This document shows, piece by piece, positions 25,505 to 35,616 of a stretch of DNA of 64,000 nt. Position 1 is the stretch's first letter, and each line of letters opens with the position of its first letter. Both the position numbers and the translations under genes were made by a program. The notes under the pieces were generated by a model. The model was not told the origin of the DNA, did not search any database, and saw only the letters and a list, made by a program, of their open reading frames with translations. Location: contig CAXMWX010000005.1 of NCBI GenBank assembly GCA_963422205.2, forward strand, positions 96,001 to 160,000, given 5' to 3'. Source of the stretch: Gammaproteobacteria bacterium. Its GTDB lineage: Bacteria; Pseudomonadota; Gammaproteobacteria; Eutrophobiales; Eutrophobiaceae.

Positions 25505-26958
25505 TGCGATGGCAGCCGGTTATCGGCCTGGAGCTGCATGTCCAACTGGCGACCGAGAGCAAACTCTTCTCTGCGGCGGCCACACGCTATGGAGCCGAGG
25601 CGAACACACAAGCCTGTGCCGTGGATTTGGGTCTGCCCGGGGTATTGCCTGTGATCAATACCGAGGCGTTGAGGATGGCGGTGATGTTCGGCCTGGCTGT
25701 GAACGCTGAGATCGCTCATCGATCCGTGTTTGCACGCAAGAATTATTTTTATCCTGATCTGCCCAAGGGCTACCAGATCAGCCAGTTTGAATTGCCCATA
25801 GTCCGCCATGGCGAGTTGTACATAGACACCGAGGATGGCGGGCGTAAACGCATCGGTATCACCCGTGCCCATCTGGAGGAGGATGCGGGCAAGTCTGTGC
25901 ATGAGGGTTTTGCCGAGTATAGCGGGATTGATCTGAATCGTGCTGGTACGCCCTTGCTGGAGATCGTCTCTGAACCGGTGCTTTGCTCCGCCGCTGAGGC
26001 CGTTGCCTGCATGAAAAAAATCCACAGCCTGATTCGCTGCCTGGGTATATCCGATGGCAATATGCAGGAAGGCTCGCTGCGCTGCGATGCCAATGTCTCG
26101 GTGCGTCAGATTGACGATACGGCGCTTGGGACACGTACTGAAATTAAAAACATCAACTCGTTTCGTTTTATCGAACACGCCATTGACCATGAGATAGACC
26201 GGCAGATTGATCAGCTTGAGGCGGGCAGGGCAATCATTCAGGAGACGCGCCTGTATGATCCAGAACACGATGAAACCCGACCCATGCGAGGCAAGGAAGA
26301 AGCCGATGATTACCGCTATTTTCCTGATCCGGATTTACTGCCGGTGATCATCACCGAAGCATACATCGGCAAGATCAGAGAGACGCTGCCGGAATTGCCG
26401 GAGCAGAAAAAACAGCGCTTTATAGAGGCGTTTGCGCTGTCTGACTATGACAGCAGCGCACTCACCGCCAACAAGGATATCGCTGATTATTTTGAACAGA
26501 CGATGGCCGCATTAAACGGCAGGCCCAAGCTGGCGGCAAACTGGATCATGGGCGAACTCACAGCGGCATTAAACAAGGATCATCTTGACATCGCTGACAG
26601 CCGGGTGAGCGGGCAGGCACTTGCCGGTCTGCTGAATAGAATCAGTGATAACACCATCTCCAGCAAGATCGCCAAGCAGGTATTTGATGCCATGTGGCAG
26701 GGGGCGGGCAGTGCCGATGCGATCATTCAGGCACAGGGGCTGACACAGCTGACCGACAGCGGTGCTATCGAGAGGCTGGTTGATGAGGTGATCGCCGAGT
26801 GCGCCAGTCAAGTGACGCAGTATCGATGCGCGACGGATGATAAAAAAGCAAAGCTCATCGGTTATTTTATCGGCCAGGTGATGAGAAAATCACAAGGCAA
26901 GGCAGACCCGACACAGGTCAATGCGTTACTGCGGCAAAAGTTAGCACCGCCTGCCTGA
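25504..26958 (+). CDS. gatB: Asp/Glu-tRNA amidotransferase subunit B
   Basis: [44 protein letters not shown]. Confidence 0.98.
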
Positions 26959-27206
26959 TCATGGCGATGCTCCCGGCCGGGCGCATGCTCGCAAGAGTCA
27001 GGGCAACGGAGTCACTGCTGCCATTGTGGGCCGGTATGGCCTTAGATCTCATCACGATGGCATCCCTGATGTATCTTCGATGGCAATGACGAAGCGCCAT
27101 CATCCTGCACGGCTGATGTACAGGCGTTGAGAGCAAAGCCATTATGCCGTATCGTCAACCGGCCGGGATATCAGCACAGTAAACAGCAAGGCACAGCGAA
27201 CATGAG

Positions 27207-27580
27207 GTGATACGTGAACCATTAACCACAGACAGCATCTCCCCTTCCGGCCAGTTGATTACCGCCCCGGATTCAAGCACACGTCATTATTTTAATGAGA
27301 CACTGGAACACGCACCGTCCGCCACCCGTGCGGATGTATCCATCGTTCGGATTTATTCATTGTTAGGATCAGCCCCACCGAGTTGCCGTTACAGATAAAA
27401 CTCATGGAAAGACACCCTCACGCAAGCCAAACCTTTATCCCCATGCACGTTGCCAGATACCTGCTTATCGTTCCACCGAACAGCACCGCCGACCGCCCCG
27501 ATGCCGCTGCCATGTACGCCTCTCTGGCACAGGGGATCAAGGGATCACCTGCAAGCGTGCCGCCTGGTATCACCCCATGA
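27207..27580 (+). pseudogene. Ureidoglycolate lyase (AllA-like) pseudogene, frameshifted and degraded
   Basis: Fragment 1 EPLT..SISPSGQLI; fragment 2 in another frame LPLQIKLMERHPHASQTFIPM..RYLLIV; the conserved WHHP end is not in frame. Confidence 0.7.
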
Positions 27581-27705
27581 TGGGATTGGATGAGACAGCA
27601 GCCGCAACGATACAGACATCTGCCGCCTGCCCGATGCAACGCCGGTTACCGTGTATGCCTGATCAATCTCTGCTCAACCTCTGCTCAACCCCCGCTCAAT
27701 TATGA

Positions 27706-29748
27706 TCACGGCTGACGTTCAACCAGGGTCAGGATGTCGTACAGTGCGACCCGGTCATCGTGCTGGTTGGTGATCTCAACCGCCCACTTCACCACCCCGG
27801 TCGCCCGCACCTCATCCGGGCGCGGATCTTTTTTGATCTTCTGCTTCACCACCAGCCTCGCCTGAATGGTATCGCCTATGCCCACCGGCTCGATAAAGCG
27901 CAGGTTCTCCAGGCCATAATTGGCCAGCACCGGCCCGGGCGCCGGATCAACAAACATGCCCGCCGCCGCCGAGATCACAAAATAACCATGCGCCACACGC
28001 TTGCCGAACAGGGAATCCGCCGCCGCGGTTTCATCGAAATGGGCGTAGAAATGATCGCCGGTCAGGCAGCCGAAGTTGACGATGTCCGCCTCGGTCACGG
28101 TTCTCTTGTGCGTCACCAGCGTCTCGCCAATCTGTAGCGCATCAAACGACTTGCGAAACGGATGCACAGCACTGGTAATCGGCTTTGCCGCCGGGTGATA
28201 CTGCGAGGTGATGTGCATCAAGGTGGTCGGCGAGCCTTGCAGTGCGGTGCGCTGCATATAATGCTTAATCGCCCGGGCGCCGCCCAACTCCTCGCCACCG
28301 CCCGCCCGGCCCGGCCCGCCATGCACCAGGGATGGCATGGGCGAGCCATGCCCGGTGGACTCCGCCGCACAATCCGCATTGATGATCAACATGCGCCCGT
28401 GCATACAGGCCGTGCCCAGGATCAGCTCTCTGGCCTCGGCATCATCGGCGGTGATGATCGAGCCGACCAGGCTGCCACGCCCCCGTCTGGCAAGTTCAAT
28501 CGCCTCGTCTATGTCTTTGTACGGCAGTATCGTGCTGACCGGGCCGAAGGCTTCCACCGAGTGCGGCTCGCTGACCGCCAGGGGTTCCCGACAATACAGC
28601 AAAGTCGGCGGGAAAAAAGCGCCTTGTTCAGGCGCAGCAGCGGTCACGGCAAACTCGCCATTGCCGCCATAAACCGGCTCGCTGACAGTGCGTAATTGCC
28701 GCACAGCATCCCATACGTCCTGGCGCTGTTGCTGGCCAATAAGCGGCCCCATCGTGACGCCATCGATGGCCGGGTCGCCCGGCACGACCCTCTCCAGACG
28801 CCCACCAAGCGCCGCAATCACGGCATCCACCCGGCTGTCCGGTACGATGAGGCGGCGAATGGCGGTGCATTTCTGGCCGGCCTTGACCGTCATCTCGCTG
28901 ACGACCTCACGCATGAACAAATCAAACTCCGGTGCATCCGGTGTCACGGTCTCACCCAGGATGCTACAATTCAGCGAGTCCGCCTCCATGTTGAACGGCA
29001 CTGAATTTGCTATCACTGTCGGGTGCGATTTAAGCTGGCGACCGGTCGTGGCCGAGCCGGTAAAGGTGACGACATCCTGTTCGGTCAGATGCCGAAACAG
29101 ATCCCCGGTGCTGCCACAGAGCAGCTGCACACTGCCCTCCGGCAACAAGCCGCTGGCGATAATATCCTCCACCATCGCCGCGGCAAGATAAGAGGACACC
29201 GTGGCCGGCTTGATCACCACCGGCATACCGGCACATAAACTTGGCGCCATTTTCTCCAGCATACCCCAGCAGGGGAAGTTGTATGCATTGATATGCACCG
29301 CCACCCCTTCCTTAGGCAGCAGGATATGCCGGCCGAGAAATGTCCCCTGCCGGGATAACGGCTCTACCTCGCCTTCGATTAGCAAGGTGTCATTAGGAAA
29401 CTCGCGCCGCACCAGGCTGCTGTAGCTGAACAGCGTGCCAATGCCACCTTCTATGTCGATCCAGCTATCTGCACGAGTCGCCCCGGTGTAACTGGAGATA
29501 GCATAATAGCGCTGCTTGCGTTCAAGCAGGAAAGTCGCCAGCGATTTTAATGCCAGCGCACGTTCATGAAAGCTCTGCCGACGCAGCGCCGGCCCGCCCC
29601 TCTCCCGCCCATAGGCCAACATGCCGGCAAAATCAGCACCGGTACTGGAGACCTCGCCAATGACCTCGCCGCTGACCGCATGATGCACCGCCACGGCGCC
29701 CGCACCAGCAGCATGCCATTGGCCTTGAAGATAGCTTTGAATCTGCAC
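27706..29748 (-). CDS. paaZ: Phenylacetate degradation bifunctional protein PaaZ (ALDH + MaoC hydratase)
   Basis: [38 protein letters not shown]-terminal MaoC domain GDHFYAH. Confidence 0.96.
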   Translation of the reverse strand: MQIQSYLQGQWHAAGAGAVAVHHAVSGEVIGEVSSTGADFAGMLAYGRERGGPALRRQSFHERALALKSLATFLLERKQRYYAISSYTGATRADSWIDIEGGIGTLFSYSSLVRREFPNDTLLIEGEVEPLSRQGTFLGRHILLPKEGVAVHINAYNFPCWGMLEKMAPSLCAGMPVVIKPATVSSYLAAAMVEDIIASGLLPEGSVQLLCGSTGDLFRHLTEQDVVTFTGSATTGRQLKSHPTVIANSVPFNMEADSLNCSILGETVTPDAPEFDLFMREVVSEMTVKAGQKCTAIRRLIVPDSRVDAVIAALGGRLERVVPGDPAIDGVTMGPLIGQQQRQDVWDAVRQLRTVSEPVYGGNGEFAVTAAAPEQGAFFPPTLLYCREPLAVSEPHSVEAFGPVSTILPYKDIDEAIELARRGRGSLVGSIITADDAEARELILGTACMHGRMLIINADCAAESTGHGSPMPSLVHGGPGRAGGGEELGGARAIKHYMQRTALQGSPTTLMHITSQYHPAAKPITSAVHPFRKSFDALQIGETLVTHKRTVTEADIVNFGCLTGDHFYAHFDETAAADSLFGKRVAHGYFVISAAAGMFVDPAPGPVLANYGLENLRFIEPVGIGDTIQARLVVKQKIKKDPRPDEVRATGVVKWAVEITNQHDDRVALYDILTLVERQP

Positions 29749-29822
29749 TGTAGACCCTCATCCCATTCTGGATAACGCTGAACATCGCCTGGCCGTGATT
29801 TGCCAGGGTGGCAGATTGATAG

Positions 29823-29858
29823 GATACATAAATTTAAATAAAATACGATGGTTGTATT
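29823..29858. promoter_or_regulatory. AT-rich divergent paaZ/paaK promoter with spaced inverted repeat GATACA-N24-TGTATT (possible PaaX-type operator)
   Basis: Inverted half-sites read directly in the intergenic DNA; regulator assignment is inference. Confidence 0.35.
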
Positions 29859-29889
29859 CCTTTATACTTCCTTGCAAATGGATAGAGAG

Positions 29890-31197
29890 ATGAGCATGAA
29901 CAGCATCGGGCAACATGACGCACTGGAAGCGATTGAAACCAGCAGCAAAGATGAATTACAGCAGGTGCAACTGGAGCGTATGCAATGGAGCCTGCATCAT
30001 GCCTACCAGCACATCGCCCATTACAAAAAAGCCTTTGATGAGCAAGGCGTACACCCGGATGATCTTAAACACTTAGAAGACCTGGCGAAGTTTCCATTCA
30101 CCACCAAGGACGACCTGCGCGCCAACTACCCCTTCGGCATGTTTGCCCTGCCGATGGATCAGATCATCCGCATCCACGCATCCAGCGGCACGACTGGCAA
30201 GCCAACAGTGGTCGGCTACAGCCGGGCCGATATTGCTGTCTGGAGCCAGGTGGTCGCCCGCTCCATCCGCGCCGCCGGCGGGACACACAAAGATAAAATT
30301 CATGTTGCCTATGGGTATGGCCTGTTCACTGGCGGGCTGGGCGCACATTACGGCGGGGAATATTTAGGCTGTACTGTGATCCCTATGTCCGGCGGGCAGA
30401 CGCAAAAACAGGCGCAGCTGATACAGGATTTTGATCCCGACATCATCATGGTCACGCCATCGTATATGCTCAGCATTGCCGATGAGCTGGAGCGCCAGGG
30501 CGCCGATTGCGATAAGCTGAAGCTGCGGGTGGGGATCTTTGGCGCCGAGCCGTGGACGGATGCCATGCGAGTCAATCTGGAACAGCGCCTGCACATTGAG
30601 GCGACAGATATCTATGGCCTGTCCGAGGTCATGGGGCCGGGGGTGGCGCAGGAGTGCATAGAGACAAAAGACGGCCCGACCCTCTGGGAGGATCATTTCT
30701 ATCCAGAGATCATCGATCCACAAACCGGCGCCGTCCTGCCTGATGGTGAACAGGGCGAGTTGGTATTTACCAGCCTGACCAAAGAAGCCCTGCCCGTGAT
30801 CCGTTACCGCACCCGTGATCTCACCCGCCTGCTACCCGGCACAGCGCGCAGCATGCGGCGCATGGACAAGATCACCGGGCGCAGTGATGACATGTTGATC
30901 ATACGTGGTGTGAACGTATTCCCCACGCAAATAGAAGAGCAGATATTAAAAGTCGCCAGCCTGGCGCCGCACTATCAAATCGAGATCGAGCGCAGCGGCA
31001 ATCTGGATGAGTTGACCATTCATGTTGAATTAAAACCGGATGCGGATCCGAACACCGGTGATGCCGCCGCCAGAGAACTCACCAAACATACCAAAGAGAT
31101 TATCGGCGTATCGGCCACGGTCAATGTCGTTGATGAGGGCGGCATCGCCCGCTCCGAAGGCAAGGCAAAACGTGTGATCGATCACCGGCAGCGGTAG
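29890..31197 (+). CDS. paaK: Phenylacetate-CoA ligase
   Basis: [38 protein letters not shown]. Confidence 0.96.
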   Translation: MSMNSIGQHDALEAIETSSKDELQQVQLERMQWSLHHAYQHIAHYKKAFDEQGVHPDDLKHLEDLAKFPFTTKDDLRANYPFGMFALPMDQIIRIHASSGTTGKPTVVGYSRADIAVWSQVVARSIRAAGGTHKDKIHVAYGYGLFTGGLGAHYGGEYLGCTVIPMSGGQTQKQAQLIQDFDPDIIMVTPSYMLSIADELERQGADCDKLKLRVGIFGAEPWTDAMRVNLEQRLHIEATDIYGLSEVMGPGVAQECIETKDGPTLWEDHFYPEIIDPQTGAVLPDGEQGELVFTSLTKEALPVIRYRTRDLTRLLPGTARSMRRMDKITGRSDDMLIIRGVNVFPTQIEEQILKVASLAPHYQIEIERSGNLDELTIHVELKPDADPNTGDAAARELTKHTKEIIGVSATVNVVDEGGIARSEGKAKRVIDHRQR

Positions 31198-31271
31198 TAT
31201 ATCTGCCGCCAGACCCTCCCGGCCAACATCAGAGCCAGCTTGCCAAGTACGCTGTTTTCTGGTAGAACATT

Positions 31272-32207
31272 ATGAATGACCGCAGACCGCAGACCGCAGA
31301 CCGCAGACCGCAGACCGCAGACCGCAGACCGCAGACCGCAGACCGCAGACCGCAGACCGCAGACCGCAGACCGCAGACCGCAGACCGCAGACCGCAGACC
31401 GCAGACCGCAGACCGCAGACCGCAGACCGCAGACCGCAGACCGCAGACCGCAGACCGCAGACCGCAGACCGCAGACCGCAGACCGCCAAACTCAAGGCGC
31501 TGCTGAAAAAACACCTGCCAGAGCCTGTATGGTCGGCAGTACGTCTTATTATACTCAACCACCAGGGCATACCTCACTACCGGGGCAGTGACTATGTGAT
31601 CGATGAGAAAAGGAATATCATCTACTTCAATCTATGCAAGAATGCCAGTACCTCACTTCGGGAAGCGCTGCTTGATGAACCTGCTGGACAAGGAACAAAT
31701 TTCACGCAGAGAAATTTACGATCATTGCCGGAGAGTGTGGATTATTTCAAATTTACTTTTGTCCGCAATCCTTTCTCCAGGCTCTATTCCTGTTATAAGG
31801 AAAGGATTATGGTCTCATACTACCAGTATTATCTGGGCGGGTATTTAAGGCAGGTAAAAGACTTTGAGACGTTCATAAAGAAAATAAACAAAATTCCCAT
31901 GTGTTTGACCGACGAACATTTTACCGGTCAATATTTCTGTCTATACAAAAAAAACCAGCCATCGCCTGACTTTATCGGTCGGTATGAAAACCTCATCAAA
32001 GAATTTGAACCCATCAGAGAAAAGTACCACTTAAACCCCCTGCCTCATCACCGCAAGTCACAAGCCCACAGGGATGAATGGAAAGACCATTACACCAGAG
32101 AGACAGCGGCCATTGTCTATCGGAAATACAAACAGGATTTTGATGCCTGGTATCCAGAGGCTTATGCTGAACTGCTCGCTTATCTGGATGCAAAGTCGCC
32201 GGGTTAG
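31272..32207 (+). CDS. Sulfotransferase family 2 protein with N-terminal (DRRPQTA)10 repeat
   Basis: 5'-PSB-like KNASTS, 3'-PB-like [26 protein letters not shown]. Confidence 0.85.
   Translation: MNDRRPQTADRRPQTADRRPQTADRRPQTADRRPQTADRRPQTADRRPQTADRRPQTADRRPQTADRRPQTAKLKALLKKHLPEPVWSAVRLIILNHQGIPHYRGSDYVIDEKRNIIYFNLCKNASTSLREALLDEPAGQGTNFTQRNLRSLPESVDYFKFTFVRNPFSRLYSCYKERIMVSYYQYYLGGYLRQVKDFETFIKKINKIPMCLTDEHFTGQYFCLYKKNQPSPDFIGRYENLIKEFEPIREKYHLNPLPHHRKSQAHRDEWKDHYTRETAAIVYRKYKQDFDAWYPEAYAELLAYLDAKSPG
31278..31487 (+). repeat. Heptanucleotide tandem repeat (GACCGCA)x29 plus one GACCGCC unit
   Basis: Perfect 7-bp period from 31278 to 31480 (203 bp), then GACCGCC; starts 6 nt into an ORF. 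Confidence 0.97.
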
Positions 32208-32391
32208 CGAGCAGCAGCCAGCCCCGGTCGGTCTTATGTCTGGCTAGACATGATGTAACCATGCAAGATCGACCGTTGTCCTGTTATGCAGGCCCTGCAC
32301 GGCTGGCGGCGGTCGGGCTGTCTTGATCGGCTATCTTGATCGAGCTGTCGCTGCCGGGGATTAAAAAAAATCCCACACAGACATCTTTTTA

Positions 32392-32424
32392 GCGACCTAC
32401 TTTGTCGCATCGCTGGCATATCCT
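32392..32424 (+). promoter_or_regulatory. Putative WYL-regulator operator/promoter: GCGAC-N7-GTCGC palindrome, TGTCGC-N10-TATCCT (-10)
   Basis: Motif read directly 33-65 bp upstream of the 32457 ATG, which has an AAGGGG RBS; geometry resembles DriD and PafBC sites. Confidence 0.65.
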
Positions 32425-32456
32425 TAACGTTCAGCTGAACGAAAGGGGCTAATACG

Positions 32457-33548
32457 ATGCCAAAACACACATCAAACCAGTGGATCGCAACCAAGCTGAT
32501 GGGGCGCGAGCACTGGTGCACAGACTGGCTGGCCGAGTTGCTGCTGGCCGATGCCGACCTGCTGGAGCATATCCTGAAGCAGGGCAGTGAATATCGGCAC
32601 TACCTATGCCTGATCAATATGGGCCGTGATCGGCTGATTTATAGCGGCTATGACGAATTGGCCCGCATGATCCGCCGCAAACCCAGGAAAAAGATGTTGA
32701 AGGCCGTGCTTGACCCCTGTCCCGATGGTCTGTCAAGGGTATTGAAAAACCTGCACAAGCGCCCCCTGCTACAGCGGGGCTATATCAGATTGATCAAACT
32801 CATGAGCGACAAACGGGCCAGGAAATTTTTATCACACAGCAACAGCGTCTCTCCTGTGCAGTTGCGATTGCTGGAGAGGCTGCCCCCGGCGCTTCGGGAT
32901 TGCCCTTTTATTATGGATATCAAAAGTAAAGCAGACATGAATCTCTCTCTGGAGACGATCGAAGATGTCCACCATTTCGCCCCTGCCGTGAGCTACGCCG
33001 ACATGGCCCTGTCATTGCGCCATGTTTCTGACCCAACCCGAAGCCGGATATACCGCCGCGGTCAACCGTTCGATTTATGGTATGAAAATCAGCTGTTAAA
33101 GAAGGATTTTCCCGCCCCGCCCTGGCTTGGTAATAACTGGATCAAGCCCATCACCAGCGGCCCAGAGCTACGCCAGATCGGTCGCACCATGCGTAACTGC
33201 GTGGCGAAGGGTCATTATATAAAGGATGTTCTCAACGGTGAGGCATATTTTTACGTTACAGACCAAGAGCCAAAAATTCTGATATTGTTTCAAAAACATA
33301 AAGATGACACATGGCGCCTAGTTCAAGCAGCGGGCAACGAAAATAAGCAACTGGATAGAGAAAGTGCAACATACATTTTACGCAAACTGCAAGGAGAGGG
33401 CTTTAACATGCTGGATGACCAACTCCCATATCAATATAAAGAGGATGAAGAGGATGATATGCTGACTCTGGATTTGCTGGATGGTTATAGTTTCGAAGAT
33501 GAAAAAGACAAATCGACTTCATCGGCTTTGCAGACGAGTAAACCTTAA
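32457..33548 (+). CDS. Hypothetical protein with C-terminal PcfJ-like domain
   Basis: FPAPPW..IKPITSGPELRQIGRTMRNCV..Y and W.LVQ..G..N resemble the PcfJ core; acidic tail. Confidence 0.55.
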   Translation: MPKHTSNQWIATKLMGREHWCTDWLAELLLADADLLEHILKQGSEYRHYLCLINMGRDRLIYSGYDELARMIRRKPRKKMLKAVLDPCPDGLSRVLKNLHKRPLLQRGYIRLIKLMSDKRARKFLSHSNSVSPVQLRLLERLPPALRDCPFIMDIKSKADMNLSLETIEDVHHFAPAVSYADMALSLRHVSDPTRSRIYRRGQPFDLWYENQLLKKDFPAPPWLGNNWIKPITSGPELRQIGRTMRNCVAKGHYIKDVLNGEAYFYVTDQEPKILILFQKHKDDTWRLVQAAGNENKQLDRESATYILRKLQGEGFNMLDDQLPYQYKEDEEDDMLTLDLLDGYSFEDEKDKSTSSALQTSKP

Positions 33549-34154
33549 CTGATGCGCCAGCCAACAGACACCACGCTGCGGTATCTCAAACTGCTGAGCA
33601 AACTGCCGGTATACCCGCAGCGCCTCAGCACCAGCGCATTGCAGCAACGGCTGGAGCAGGACAACCAGGAATACCGCATCACCCCCAGGACGATGCAGCG
33701 CGATTTGGAAAAACTCTCCGGCATCTTTCCCATCGGCTGTTTGCAGCGGGGCCGAAGAAAATACTGGTTCTGGATGGACAAAGATGCCTTGACGCAGCTC
33801 CCCGCCATGAGCGAGTCGACCGCGCTGACCCTGCGCCTGGCCGAGACTTACCTCAGCACACTCATGCCGCCGACCAGCCTGGCGCTGCTCAAGCCCTATT
33901 TCAAACACGCCAGAGGAGTATTGCAGGGCACACAGCTACATGCCTGGACACGTAAAGTCCGCATCCTGCCGGACAGCCAATCACTGCTACCGGCGACCAT
34001 CGGCAAGAGCGTACAGGCAACCGTCTATGACGCCTTGCTGCATAACAAAAAACTGACCGTGATGTACCAACGCCGCGGCGAGCAAGCCGCCAGCGAGCGC
34101 CTGCTAAACCCACTGGGGCTGGTCGTTCGAAGACACAGCATTTATCTGATCGCC

Positions 34155-34192
34155 ACCGCCTGGGGGTATGCCGACCGCCTGGGGGTATGCCG
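34155..34192 (+). repeat. 19-bp tandem duplication ACCGCCTGGGGGTATGCCG
   Basis: Two exact adjacent copies at 34155-34173 and 34174-34192. Confidence 0.95.
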
Positions 34193-34324
34193 ACCCCCTG
34201 CATTATGCCCTGCATCGCATCAGCCGCGCGAGGGTGATGGATGATGCGCCGGCAAGAAAACCGCCCGGGTTCAGTCTGAATAAACACATCGGCGCCGATG
34301 TGGCTGCTGGCACTGGGCGCGGCG

Positions 34325-34405
34325 GTTGAGGTTGTCGGGCCGAAGTCCCTGCGGGCGGAGATGAAAGACCGAATTATTGATATGCAAAGACTGTATATGG
34401 ATTAA
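34325..34405 (+). repeat. WYL 3'-end segment, copy 1 of an 81-bp diverged direct repeat
   Basis: First 20 bp identical to 35516-35535; encodes VEVVGPKSLRAEMKDRIIDMQRLYMD*. Confidence 0.9.
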
Positions 34406-34526
34406 ATATGAATAACGTTAGCATTTTTAGAACGGGGGTTCTTAGTCAATTTTGCAGAACTTATTAAATGATCAAAACTTGTATACCGATTAACCCATTC
34501 ACAATGAACAGGGGAGACTAAATCAA

Positions 34527-35224
34527 ATGAAACGCTATTGCACAACGGACAGGCTTTGGATTCGCAGTTTGAACCAACTGCGTGAGGAGTTGGCCGACAG
34601 AGCAGAGCATCACTACGTCTACCTCCTCTGTCGTCCTCCGTTTTCTCCTCATGTTTATCCATTCTATGTTGGCATCAGCCAATCAGACCGCTTGTTTGCA
34701 CATGAGGAAGAAGCACGCTCGACAAACTCCAAAAGCCACAAAATTGAAGAGATCCATCGGATATGGGATGCTGGAGATGCGGTCGTCCGTATTATTGATA
34801 GCTTCCATTCCAAACCACCCTGGCATCGGGAACAGGAATTAATAGAGAAATTTGGCTTGCTAAAAGATGGCACAGGGCAGTTAACCAACGAACAAAAATA
34901 TTCGCCTTCTCACCGAGAAGGTAAAGTCGAACTGCGGAAATATGCGAAATACGGAAATGAATTACCACCGAACTTTATTCATCAACACAAAAAGCTAAAA
35001 GTTGGAGAAAACGAACCGAAATCAAAAAACTCTGTCCATGGAAAATATATTCTGTACTGCTGGATAACCCAGGGGTTACCGGCGCAGAATTGGTCGAGCT
35101 CTTGCTCCGTATAGACTTCTCGAAAAACAAATCTGCATATACTGCGTCTGGTGAGGTTAGTAGACCCTGGCTGGCAGGATATATCAACGGCGGGTTCAGG
35201 AGAGGCTATATTCAAGAATACTAA
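34527..35224 (+). pseudogene. GIY-YIG nuclease family protein with a frameshift near 35045
   Basis: HYVYLL..PFYVG..DRLFAHE, EQELI, GQLTN; adding one A at GGAAAA gives IYSVLLDNPG...GYIQEY* ending at 35224 (ORF track stops at 35114). Confidence 0.7.
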
Positions 35225-35243
35225 ATACCATCAAAGAAGTGCC

Positions 35244-35306
35244 ACCTGACAAACGCCTCAAGCACAACATACAAAAAACGCATGCGTCTTAGCGTAGGTG
35301 TCGCAC
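35244..35306 (+). other. Degenerate attC-like (integron cassette) site
   Basis: ACCTGAC-AAACG-CCTCAAG...CATAC-AAAAAAC-GCATG...CTTAG-CGTAGGT-GTCGCAC just after the GIY-YIG stop; core triplets are GAC/GTC rather than AAC/GTT. Confidence 0.45.
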
Positions 35307-35327
35307 GACAATTAATGAGGGGATTAT

Positions 35328-35372
35328 ATGCCGTAAATTAGCCGATTTTCAAGGCTTGTAATTGCAATGTAT
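35328..35372 (+). pseudogene. Remnant N-terminus of a DUF4160-like protein
   Basis: GAGGGG RBS then MP*ISRFSRLVIAMY, matching the MPxISRFxGxVIxMY start of DUF4160 proteins; rest not recognisable. Confidence 0.45.
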
Positions 35373-35515
35373 GTCTGCCCGCCGAAGGCAGCTGAGATAA
35401 ACCGGACTCGGCACATGTTAAAGCAGCGCAGCATAAATGCTGATGCAATAGAGATAAGGCAACTTTTCATACTCAAAGCATTATGAAGCGCATTACGCTG
35501 AAAAAGCATGCGGGA

Positions 35516-35596
35516 GTTGAGGTTGTCGGGCCGAAATCCCTACGGGCAGAGATGAAGGCAAAAGTGAGCAGTATGAATGATTTATATAAGGATTAA
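35516..35596 (+). repeat. Orphan WYL 3'-end segment, copy 2
   Basis: Encodes VEVVGPKSLRAEMKAKVSSMNDLYKD*; same length and stop position as copy 1. Confidence 0.9.
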
Positions 35597-35616
35597 ATGC
35601 AACCGGAGATTCGAAA

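Larger units (their letters stand above)
33552..34405 (+). pseudogene. HTH-WYL-WCX transcriptional regulator, disrupted
   Basis: HTH RTMQRDL, NPLGLV, IYLIA; 19-bp duplication frameshifts it; removing it restores PLHYALHRI..KPPGFSL; C-terminus WLLALGAAVEVVGPKSLR..LYMD* lies in another frame after an apparent internal deletion. Confidence 0.88.

Noticed and set aside
27668-27700. Short degenerate CTCTGCTCAAC tandem after the paaZ stop
   Set aside because: Only two to three imperfect copies; no function can be supported.
31278-31487. Possible CRISPR array
   Set aside because: Pure 7-bp tandem repeat with no unique spacers and no cas genes nearby.
31182-31577. Antisense ORFs encoding (LRSAVCG)n and the alternate-frame ORF 31276-31506
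   Set aside because: The repeat has no stop codon in any frame, so these are by-products.
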